The translations under genes were made by a program, and so were the position numbers. A stretch of 64,000 nt of DNA from an uncultured delta proteobacterium (lineage in GTDB: Bacteria; Desulfobacterota; RBG-13-43-22), in contig CAWDKY010000033.1 of the NCBI GenBank assembly GCA_963802945.1, forward strand, positions 32,001-96,000. Reading direction: 5' to 3'. This document shows, one piece after another, positions 1 to 7,932 of the stretch. Each line of letters begins with the position of its first letter. The stretch's first letter is position 1. The notes under the pieces were generated by a model. That model was not told the DNA's origin, ran no database searches, and saw only the letters and a list, made by a program, of their open reading frames with translations.

Positions 1-1278
1 GAATCCTTTCACACCCCTTGTCCGCCGGACGTGGTCCTCTGGCCCACCAGTACGGAAGAAGTGCAGAAGGTTCTTACCCTGGCCAACGAACATAAAAGCC
101 CGGTTACCGCCTGGGGGGCCGGCACCAGTTTGGAAGGCAATCCCATTCCGGTCCAGGCAGGGATCGTTTTGAATTTCAATCAAATGAATCACATCTTAAA
201 CCTTCGTTTAGCGGATCTACAAGTGGATCTGGAGCCGGGTGTGATTTATCAGGATCTGAATGAACACTGCCGTCCACACGGTCTTTTTTTTCCTCCTGAT
301 CCCGGGGCCAGGGCGACGATCGGAGGCATGATAGGCAACAACGCCAGCGGAATCCGCACGGTTCGCTATGGTGCGACCAGGGATTATGTTCAGGCCCTGG
401 AGGTAGTCCTGGTCGATGGATCTTTAATCCGAGTTGGCACCCAGGCCATAAAGAGTTCTTCAGGTTATGACCTTTGCCGCCTTTTTGTCGGCTCGGAAGG
501 AACCCTGGGGATCGTGACCCAGGCAACCCTCCGACTGGTGGGTTTTCCCGAACATTTCTTATCGGCCGTGGCCACCTTTTCAACCACGCGCCAGGCCACA
601 GAAACCGTTCATCAGATCATGATCGGCGGGCTTTCTCCGGCTGCCTTGGAACTCCTTACTCCCGAAGTCATTGCCCTTTTAAATAGGGAAAGGAACTTGG
701 GGCTGGTTGAAGCACCGACCCTGTTTATGGAATTCCATGGGGCCGGTGAACAAGCCTTGAGCTATACCCTTGACCTAGTCCAGGACCTATGCCTGGAAAA
801 CGGCGGGACAGGTTTTCAAGCAGGCCTGGGGCTTTCCGAGCGCAACCGCCTCTGGGAAGCCCGATATCAGACCTTTGAAACCATCAAACGGGCTCATCCC
901 GGCTTTTCTTTTTTGATTGTGGATACGGCTGTCCCTATTTCCCGTTATCCGGAAATGGTGGAATTTGCCAGGGAGCTTTTAATCACCAAAGGGCAGTTGG
1001 GCTATGTCTTCGGCCACGCCGGTGATGGAAATCTCCATATGGCTCTGGCAGGCAAGAGAACGGAAACCAGAAATTGGGAAACCACGCAGGAGGTTAATCA
1101 GGCAGTGGTGTCTCAAGCCCTTCTTTTAAAAGGCACCGCTACCGGGGAACACGGCATTGGAATCGGCAAAAGGGTTTTTATGGAAGCCGAACACGGTCCT
1201 TCCCTGACTCTCATGCGCAGGATCAAAGAACTGTTCGATCCCAATCACATCTTGAATCCGGGCAAAATACTTCCTTAA
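1..1278 (+). CDS. FAD-linked oxidase (GlcD/D-lactate dehydrogenase family), 5' end outside window
   Basis: Frame is open from base 1. Motifs GAGTSLEG, PPDPG, GYDL..LFVGSEGTLG, GHAGDGNLH, GEHGIG, LNPGK. Confidence 0.9.
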   Translation, partial: ESFHTPCPPDVVLWPTSTEEVQKVLTLANEHKSPVTAWGAGTSLEGNPIPVQAGIVLNFNQMNHILNLRLADLQVDLEPGVIYQDLNEHCRPHGLFFPPDPGARATIGGMIGNNASGIRTVRYGATRDYVQALEVVLVDGSLIRVGTQAIKSSSGYDLCRLFVGSEGTLGIVTQATLRLVGFPEHFLSAVATFSTTRQATETVHQIMIGGLSPAALELLTPEVIALLNRERNLGLVEAPTLFMEFHGAGEQALSYTLDLVQDLCLENGGTGFQAGLGLSERNRLWEARYQTFETIKRAHPGFSFLIVDTAVPISRYPEMVEFARELLITKGQLGYVFGHAGDGNLHMALAGKRTETRNWETTQEVNQAVVSQALLLKGTATGEHGIGIGKRVFMEAEHGPSLTLMRRIKELFDPNHILNPGKILP

Positions 1279-1333
1279 AGAAAGAATAACATTAACCGTC
1301 TCATTGCGATATGGACACGGGGAAAACCTATTC

Positions 1334-2158
1334 ATGAATACTGAAAAAATCCCCGGCCCATCGATTTATCAGGAAGCGGCTAAGTGGTATCAATCCGAAT
1401 CCCTACAAACCCTGCGGGATAACTTTATCGAACTCATCCACCAGCATGACGTTCCCTATGCGGAAAATATCTTAAAAACCAACGATTGGGTCAATTATTG
1501 TTATTATTGCAGTCTGGTCCATTCTTTTGTGGCCGATCCGTCGGCCTTGATCATCGATTGAGGCGGGCTCTATGGCCATATCACGATGATGCTTCGGACC
1601 ATAGGTTATCAGAATGTCTTTAATTACCTCCTTCACCAAACGCCCCATTATTCCTTATTTGAAGAAGAGTTGAAGATTCCTACTTTGTGGGGCCGGGATC
1701 CGAACCGACTTGTCTTGGACACTAATTCCGTGGATGGTTTTATCTCTTCCGGGGTGCTGGAGCATGTTCGAGAGGACGGCCTTGGGAAGGAGGAAATGAT
1801 CCTCCAGGAAATCCATCGGATCTTAAAAGAAGGCGGTTTATTTTTTATCTGGAATCTGCCGGCCAAACTGGGGACATCAGAGCTACTGGCCATGATAACC
1901 GGAAAATGGCATCATCAATACCAGTATTGGAGAAAGGATATTGTTCGATTGCTTCGAAAAGCAAATTTCGACATCCTTTATTTCGACAAGCATAAATTTT
2001 TCCCCGGGGCGGTTATGGCTTTTTTGGAAAAAGGCATAGATCCCATCCGGGTCCTGCATTTTGACAACCGTCTTTCCCGCACGATTCCTTTTAACATTTT
2101 TGCCCGAGGTTTCGCCCTCGTTGCTCGAAAAAAGCCGGCTCATCATAATAACAAATAA
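1334..2158 (+). pseudogene. Class I SAM-dependent methyltransferase interrupted by an in-frame TGA at 1559-1561
   Basis: ORFs 1304-1561 and 1586-2158 are in one frame. Read-through gives motif I IID*GGLYGH, then SSGVLEHV and EIHRILKEGG. Confidence 0.75.
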
Positions 2159-2366
2159 GAAATCTTTATTTTTAAGAGAGGCCCCATGATCACAAAAGCT
2201 GGGGATATCGCTTTCTTCTGTCAGTGAATCCGGGACTGGTGGACAGAGGATTATTGAGGCAAAAGGTTATCTTTCGTCAAAAACCTAAAACCTTAACAGT
2301 GTCCCCATTTCCAAATTATTAGGGAGGGGTTAGGCGAACGATTTCGTTTTGCCAAAACTTCGGTTT

Positions 2367-2537
2367 TTAACGAGATGAGCGTCGTATGAGTATCAAAACA
2401 CCGACTAAAATAATAATTAACGGCCACCACTGGGCCACGAGTGGACCAAGGTGCGGCAGCCAACCAAAATTGGACAGAAGAAAAATGAGCCCCAACACAA
2501 TTAAAATGTATGCCCCAAACTGAGATCTTGCCCTCAT
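2367..2537 (-). CDS. 56-aa membrane microprotein (DUF5668/LiaI-LiaF-like TM hairpin), gene cassette
   Basis: Translated by hand: MRARSQFGAYILIVLGLIFLLSNFGWLPHLGPLVAQWWPLIIILVGVLILIRRSSR. AGGAGG RBS upstream. Not in the ORF track. Confidence 0.8.
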   Translation of the reverse strand: MRARSQFGAYILIVLGLIFLLSNFGWLPHLGPLVAQWWPLIIILVGVLILIRRSSR

Positions 2538-2569
2538 AAAGCCTCCTAAGTAAGATAGCCTTCCTAAGT

Positions 2570-2678
2570 GCCTAACCCTCGTGGCAGCAGCGGCCGAATG
2601 GTTTGCTGGAAATTTTACACTTTCATCGGTTTATATATCACCGCAGCCATTATTCCGCAAATGATATATTTATTCGGC
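2570..2678 (-). other. Degenerate attC site
   Basis: Minus strand: GCCGAAT (overlapping the upstream stop codon) to GTTAGGC core site, 109 bp; internal pairing is weak. Confidence 0.55.
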
Positions 2679-3359
2679 AATTCTTTTATCGGTTACACGT
2701 GGCACTGGTTGTTTTCCCTTCGGACAAATCCAAACACATCGTAAGCAGTAGGGCAAGAGGCCATCAGGACCATGCGGATCATATTCCCCTCTGGCTTTGC
2801 GGTACGATCGACACTGCAGACCTTCAAACGAATTGTCCGAGATCGCCTGCGCCGGACATTCTGAAATGCAGAGACCGCATTCGTCGCAGAATTGATCGCC
2901 TGACAACTTCGAGTGCAGGTCGAGTTCGGCAGTCGTGCCCATAACCCTCAGATGAACCCACGGTCCCCATTCTGGATGAAATAGAAAGGCATTTTGGCCA
3001 ATTTGACCCAGGCCAGCCGCTTGAGCCACGTATCGGAATTGCAGTCCACTCTGCCTCGGATAATCGACGAGTTTCACTTCACGCCCCTCTTGTACCATCC
3101 TCGCCTCGATTGTTCGGCAGACCTCAAGGAGGTGATCATCCGCTGCACAGTGTTCGCTGCCGCTATCTGTTGCATACCACGTCCATTCTTCTTCCGTGGT
3201 TACGTGATGGCCAAGCACGATTGCCGTACTCGCTTGCGGCATGAAACCCGAGAAAAATAATCCCTCGTTTTCTCGCAGGTGCTCGATAGGTACTATGGCC
3301 AAGTCACAGCAAGACCAGGAGTCGATGATTTGAAAAATGTTGTCAGAGTCCTTCATCAT
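2670..3359 (-). CDS. QueG/reductive-dehalogenase-like 4Fe-4S protein, gene cassette
   Basis: AAGLGQIGQN..FHPEWGPWVHL motif plus CDECGLCISECP and CLRCVWICP. Confidence 0.8.
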   Translation of the reverse strand: MMKDSDNIFQIIDSWSCCDLAIVPIEHLRENEGLFFSGFMPQASTAIVLGHHVTTEEEWTWYATDSGSEHCAADDHLLEVCRTIEARMVQEGREVKLVDYPRQSGLQFRYVAQAAGLGQIGQNAFLFHPEWGPWVHLRVMGTTAELDLHSKLSGDQFCDECGLCISECPAQAISDNSFEGLQCRSYRKARGEYDPHGPDGLLPYCLRCVWICPKGKQPVPRVTDKRIAE

Positions 3360-3402
3360 GTCGAACAAGCTATTCTAAAGTCTTCCGGTCAGTGGGGTCA
3401 GG

Positions 3403-4337
3403 GGGTCAGGTCTATTTTTTCAACATTATTTATTTTACCTGTGTCCGTATAATACGGCTTATTGAAGAAAAATGTAATCCTAAATACGCAGAAACTTGCT
3501 TCTGGGTGTAACCGTGTCTCTCCACTGCCTTCAATATCCGTTTATTTCTTGCTTCCTTTTTTCGAATCAATTCGGGGGATAATATTTTTTCCAGACTGGG
3601 TCTGTTAATAAAACGTTGGCTTTTTGATATGTCGGGAATTGCCTCTTTCCCCTTCAGATGATCTTTTAAACGTTCCACAAAAGAATCCTCCCCTAGGATG
3701 CTCTGAGCTCTCAAATCCTTCCAAATAGATTCCGATCTTATTCCAGCCCTAACAAACTGGCGATAGATTCCTTCCGCCTTCATTCTTTTGGGTGAAAGTT
3801 GCCCTAAGATCCCATCAACGGTAAGGCAGGAGGGCTTACTTCGCTGCCCTGCTGTAGCCGCATAGCTGCTCCATTTCCACTGGTTCGGGTTTTTTATGAG
3901 TTTTGCCCTTACCGGATTCAGTACGATATAACGGGAAACTTCAAGAAGATGGCTATCTTTTTGCACCAGAATACCCTTGAATCTCCCCTGGAATAAATGA
4001 CCAACGGTTCCATGTCGCTTATTGAACAACTGGGTAAACACCCCATTTAATTGTCTCATCCCAATGGAAAGGTTTCCATCAGGTGTTTCGATAAGCAAAT
4101 GATAATGATTATTCATCAGACAATAGGCATGGCAGAGCCAGTTATAGCGCGTGTTAACCTGGTAAAGGATTTTGAGGAAATCCTCACGGTCGTGATCATC
4201 CTTAAAAATCTCATTTTTGTTATTTCCTCGGCTGGTCACATGATAAAAAGCCCCGGGAAATACTATGCGTAGAGGACGTGCCATGAGTATCCTATATCAT
4301 TACTATATCTTCAATGTCAAGAAAATAGACCTGACCC
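3403..4337 (-). mobile_element. HUH Y1 (RAYT-like) element bounded by 25-bp inverted repeats
   Basis: GGGTCAGGTCTATTTTTTCAACATT (3403-3427) matches the reverse complement of 4313-4337 at 22/25. Extra tandem GGTCAG copies at about 3387-3401. Confidence 0.75.
3430..4284 (-). CDS. REP-associated/IS200-like tyrosine transposase (Y1_Tnp) with C-terminal HTH
   Basis: MARPLR..YHVTSRGN, HUH motif CLMNNHYHLL, GHLFQGRF, YIVLNPVRA, WSSY; C-terminal HTH (YTQKQVSAYLGLHFSSISRII). Confidence 0.9.
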   Translation of the reverse strand: MARPLRIVFPGAFYHVTSRGNNKNEIFKDDHDREDFLKILYQVNTRYNWLCHAYCLMNNHYHLLIETPDGNLSIGMRQLNGVFTQLFNKRHGTVGHLFQGRFKGILVQKDSHLLEVSRYIVLNPVRAKLIKNPNQWKWSSYAATAGQRSKPSCLTVDGILGQLSPKRMKAEGIYRQFVRAGIRSESIWKDLRAQSILGEDSFVERLKDHLKGKEAIPDISKSQRFINRPSLEKILSPELIRKKEARNKRILKAVERHGYTQKQVSAYLGLHFSSISRIIRTQVK

Positions 4338-4398
4338 TAATTTTTCAAACCGGTTTTTCAGGCAAACTGTTCTCCATGGGGTTCTCCTTAATATGCTT

Positions 4399-4511
4399 TG
4401 CTAACGACTGGGTATCAGCGGCGGCGCCGAATTGTCACCGGATCAGGTTTTGCGCCGATTTCCATGCCTCAACACCTGGCTACGCCATCCGCCTGAATGC
4501 CCTGGTTGGGC
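4399..4511 (-). other. attC recombination site
   Basis: Minus strand: GCCCAAC (R'') ..ATTCAGGCGG.. / ..CCGCTGAT.. GTTAGCA (R'). The L boxes pair with one extrahelical base; 113 bp. Confidence 0.8.
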
Positions 4512-4588
4512 AAATCAGTCTTGCCTTTTGTGTCCTGCTCACAGCGCCTTGACAGAATTTGATAATTTAATGACCGCCCCTCACTCTC

Positions 4589-5449
4589 TTATCCTAAGCC
4601 CTTCCTCCAATTTTCGTTCTTTATCGCATAATCAACAGCTTCGGGAACCATTCTTGTCCCGAAGACAACAGAATACCCGTCAGGAATCATCACGTCAAAG
4701 CGACCAGATTCCGTTTGTATCTGTTTCGGCATGAAAGGTGTGGCCGAAACTGCTCCGATGACCTTGCCAGTCTTGAGCCTCAAAACGGGTGCCCCGCTGA
4801 TGCCTGGAAAAGATGGCCGGTCGAGCCAATAATAATATTCTACTACTGGGGGAAGCCCGTATCCTACGGAAAAAGAGACTATAGCCTTGCTCAAAAGAGG
4901 AAGGGGGTGGAAATCTTCATAATACGTTTCAAACTCAACACCACCACGGGGGTAACCAATAAAAAGCACGTCCTCCCCCATTCTTGCCGGTTCGGTGTCA
5001 AACTCAAGTGGCGAGATGTTGTTGAAGGGCTCCGTCAAATGCATGATGCTTATGTCAATCTTCCAAAGGGGTTCAGTTCCGCTGGTCGGAACTTCGATCA
5101 GAATCGACCCCTCAGTCATAACGGGTTCAGTCGCGTCTTTCTTCTGCCCGACCAGGTACGCTCCCTTTGTCCAAGAGTCAACCACGATTACACGAGGATA
5201 ATTTGCGGCATTGACCTCATCGAAACCTTTAACCGCATGGTATCTTATAACCTTAACCTCATCGGCGCCTTCGACCACATGAAACGCCGTTACCGCGAAA
5301 TTTCCATTCCCTACGATGAATCCAGTTCCGATGCTACTTTTTTCGCCCGTTTTTCTACACTCAACCCTGACGATTGCTGACATCAGCTTGGAAATATAGT
5401 CAGCTTGCGTCTCGGGATTCTTACCCTTAATTTTTTTCCTTTTAGCCAT
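4589..5449 (-). CDS. Trypsin-like serine protease (S1), gene cassette
   Basis: GTGF, TAFHVV (His), DISIM (Asp), GYP, PGISGAPV (Ser). Confidence 0.85.
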   Translation of the reverse strand: MAKRKKIKGKNPETQADYISKLMSAIVRVECRKTGEKSSIGTGFIVGNGNFAVTAFHVVEGADEVKVIRYHAVKGFDEVNAANYPRVIVVDSWTKGAYLVGQKKDATEPVMTEGSILIEVPTSGTEPLWKIDISIMHLTEPFNNISPLEFDTEPARMGEDVLFIGYPRGGVEFETYYEDFHPLPLLSKAIVSFSVGYGLPPVVEYYYWLDRPSFPGISGAPVLRLKTGKVIGAVSATPFMPKQIQTESGRFDVMIPDGYSVVFGTRMVPEAVDYAIKNENWRKGLG

Positions 5450-5599
5450 ACGTTCTTACCTTTTGCCCCAACAAGTTATTCTAAAGTTTTTCTGGATAAC
5501 TAAACAAATAAAAGAATCCCATCGGGGATCCCAACGATGGCCTTTGGCTGCTGTGGAGCAGTCAATAAGACGCCAACCCTTTCTAGTTCCAGGTAACCT

Positions 5600-5628
5600 A
5601 TTATAAATGATAAATATTATCTTGACAA
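5600..5628 (-). promoter_or_regulatory. Sigma70 promoter facing the cassette array (Pc-like)
   Basis: Minus strand TTGTCA-N17-TATAAT. Confidence 0.6.
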
Positions 5629-5747
5629 TTTATTTCAAACAGTTAACAAAATATATAAGGAGGTCGAGCCCAATGCCTTCGACCTAAGTCCATCTGCCCT
5701 GATGTGGACGTACCTGTCCTCAGCCTAAACCCTGCCTTTAAAGTTTT

Positions 5748-5775
5748 CTGGACCCCGGCTTTCGCCGGGGTGACG
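5748..5775. repeat. Half copy of the REP-like palindrome
   Basis: CTGGACCCCGGCTTTCGCCGGGGTGAC, same family as 7804, 21214, 31403, 34854, 36812 and 50748. Confidence 0.7.
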
Positions 5776-5882
5776 GTGTGGGCAACGGAGCTCTTATTTA
5801 GTTAACGTAATTACAGTATTGGGAAAGACCGGACCACCGAATTAAAATAAATTCTGTTTCTCTAATTTTAAGGGAATGACTG

Positions 5883-6404
5883 ATGAACATATTGGATATC
5901 GGTTGCGGGAATCGGAAGATTAAAGGGGCCATCGGTCTGGACAGGAACCCGAGATCCCAGGCCGATGTTTTTCATGACCTGGATGTTCTCCCCTACCCTT
6001 TCGAGGACGATCACTTCGACCGAATCTACGGGATCGATGTGCTGGAACATGTAACCGATGTCCTTCGAACCCTGGAAGAGATTCATCGGATTGGAAAGAA
6101 GGATGCTCAGGTCTTTCTCAGGGTCCCTCATTTTACCAGCACCCTGGCTTACGGAGACCCGACCCATAAACATTTTTTCAATACACAGTCTCTGGATTAT
6201 GTTTGCGGGGGCTTTTCTGAGTATTCGTATAACCCTTCGGTGGTTTTTAAAAAGTTGGGGGTTCGATTAAATTTTTGGAAACTGCATCGTTGGGATGGAG
6301 TGTCCTTCCTGGCTAATCAATTTCCAGGTTATTACGAGAAACTCTTCGCCTTTATGTTTCCGGCCATGAATATCGAGTTTCAGTTGGAAATCATTAAACC
6401 TTGA
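5883..6404 (+). CDS. Class I SAM-dependent methyltransferase (type 11-like)
   Basis: ILDIGCG, DVLEHV, LEEIHRI, DPTH. Confidence 0.85.
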   Translation: MNILDIGCGNRKIKGAIGLDRNPRSQADVFHDLDVLPYPFEDDHFDRIYGIDVLEHVTDVLRTLEEIHRIGKKDAQVFLRVPHFTSTLAYGDPTHKHFFNTQSLDYVCGGFSEYSYNPSVVFKKLGVRLNFWKLHRWDGVSFLANQFPGYYEKLFAFMFPAMNIEFQLEIIKP

Positions 6405-6424
6405 AGAGATATTGGTCCGAAAAT

Positions 6425-6458
6425 AAAAAAGGGCAAGTCCATTAAGACTTGCCCTTTT
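6425..6458. terminator. Bidirectional intrinsic terminator
   Basis: AAAAAAGGGCAAGTC-loop-GACTTGCCCTTTT between convergent genes. Confidence 0.75.
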
Positions 6459-6466
6459 ATTAGCTT

Positions 6467-6552
6467 TGGTGCCGAAGACGGGACTCGAACCCGTACGGAG
6501 TTACCCGCCACCCCCTCAAGATGGTGTGTCTACCAGGTTCCACCACTTCGGC
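6467..6552 (-). tRNA. tRNA-Leu (GAG)
   Basis: Cloverleaf with long variable arm, anticodon loop TTGAGGG, GTTCGAG T-loop, CCA end; lies downstream of secG. Confidence 0.95.
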
Positions 6553-6564
6553 ACGAGGTATTTC

Positions 6565-6936
6565 CTACTTGCTGATCGGGTTGGCCGGACTCGCGGGAAC
6601 AGTCGGAGCCGCCGGTAACGGAGTTGCGGGAGAACCTGTCGGAATCTTTGTCGGCATTGATTGCTTTTGGCTGGCCTCGGAAGGAGTTCTAATCACCGAG
6701 GAACTGGACCCGGGGCCGTACATAAAAGCCAGGAGCAGAGAAGTGATCATAAAAACCGCAGCAGCGACGGTAGTCAGCTTGGTCAGAAAGGTCGCAGCCC
6801 CGCTGCTTCCAAAGATAGTCTGGCTTGATCCACCAAAGGCCGCTCCCATACTGGCCCCTTTCCCGGTCTGAAGTAAAACAATCAAGATCAGGGCTATACA
6901 AACTATGATATGAATGATTATTGTCACAGTTGCCAT
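6565..6936 (-). CDS. secG: Preprotein translocase subunit SecG
   Basis: VLLQTGKGASMGAAFGGSSQTIFG; tpiA-secG-tRNA-Leu synteny. Confidence 0.95.
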   Translation of the reverse strand: MATVTIIIHIIVCIALILIVLLQTGKGASMGAAFGGSSQTIFGSSGAATFLTKLTTVAAAVFMITSLLLAFMYGPGSSSSVIRTPSEASQKQSMPTKIPTGSPATPLPAAPTVPASPANPISK

Positions 6937-6942
6937 AACGAC

Positions 6943-7713
6943 TTATTGATTAACCTCCTTGATCAAGGCCAGAAATTTTTCTGCGTTCAGGCTGGCCCCT
7001 CCTACTAATGCCCCGTCAATATCCGGCTCAGCGCATAATGCCCGAATATTTTCCGGGGTGACGCTTCCACCATACACAATCCTTTTCCCCTTTGCAAGGG
7101 GTTTATTAAAACGATCCGCCAGCAATCCTCGAATGAAAGCATGGACTTCCTGGGCCATGGCCGGGGTTGCCGACCTTCCGGTACCGATGGCCCAGACCGG
7201 TTCGTAGGCAATCACCCCCTGGGCAATCGCTTCCATAGACAGCCCCTGGACCGCTTCCAAGACCTGCCGGGTGATGACTTCCTGAATCCTCTCCCCTTCC
7301 CGTTCCTCTAAGGTCTCTCCCACACACAGGACCGGTTTCAAACCGGCCTTCAAACAGGCCGCAAGTTTTTGATGGACCTGGGCATCGGTTTCTCCAAATA
7401 CATGCCTTCGTTCAGAATGTCCTATAAGGCAATAGGAACAACCCACATCTGTCAACATCCGTGTTGAAATTTCTCCGGTAAAGGCCCCGTCCTCAGCCCA
7501 GTGGACATTCTGGGCCGCCACTTGAACGGAGCTGTTCTGGATTGCCCGGCCGAGGGCCTGCAGGGCCGTGAAAGGCGGGGCAATGACCACCTCGATTTGG
7601 ATAGGACTTGGCATCCCAGCCATCAGCGCCCGAAAAAAATCCAGCGTCTCCGGGATGGTTTTAAACATCTTCCAGTTCCCCCCTATCCAGGGGCGACGGA
7701 GATTTTTTTCCAA
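6943..7713 (-). CDS. tpiA: Triosephosphate isomerase
   Basis: GNWKM, IGHSERR, AYEPVWAIGTG, YGGSV, LVGGASL. Confidence 0.98.
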   Translation of the reverse strand: MEKNLRRPWIGGNWKMFKTIPETLDFFRALMAGMPSPIQIEVVIAPPFTALQALGRAIQNSSVQVAAQNVHWAEDGAFTGEISTRMLTDVGCSYCLIGHSERRHVFGETDAQVHQKLAACLKAGLKPVLCVGETLEEREGERIQEVITRQVLEAVQGLSMEAIAQGVIAYEPVWAIGTGRSATPAMAQEVHAFIRGLLADRFNKPLAKGKRIVYGGSVTPENIRALCAEPDIDGALVGGASLNAEKFLALIKEVNQ

Positions 7714-7803
7714 TTTAATTCCTCTCTCAAAGAAAAAAGGGAACGGGGAATGTCCCCGTTCCCTATCTTTATTAGATTAATGATGATTCATTCCTATCAC
7801 ATC

Positions 7804-7880
7804 GTCACCCCGGTGAAAACCGGGGTCCAGAAGAAAAAATTTCTTTTACCTTACTGGATTCCGGCTTTCGCCGGAATGAC
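7804..7880. repeat. REP-like nested palindrome pair (degenerate MITE)
   Basis: GTCACCCCGGTGAAAACCGGGGTCCAG ... CTGGATTCCGGCTTTCGCCGGAATGAC. Confidence 0.75.
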
Positions 7881-7932
7881 GGAAACAAACCATTTGAAAC
7901 TTTTATAAATCCATCATTTTTTGTCCCGAATA

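Noticed and set aside
1559-1561. Genome-wide TGA reassignment
   Set aside because: TGA serves as a normal stop in many intact genes here (e.g. 6404, 16848, 35657).
2291-2335. Complete third attC
   Set aside because: Only R'' is convincing; the span to the next GTT site is 45 bp and lacks paired L boxes, so it is treated as truncated.
6467-6552. Prophage or island integrated at a tRNA
   Set aside because: No integrase or phage genes, and no duplicated tRNA 3' end was seen for any of the three tRNAs.
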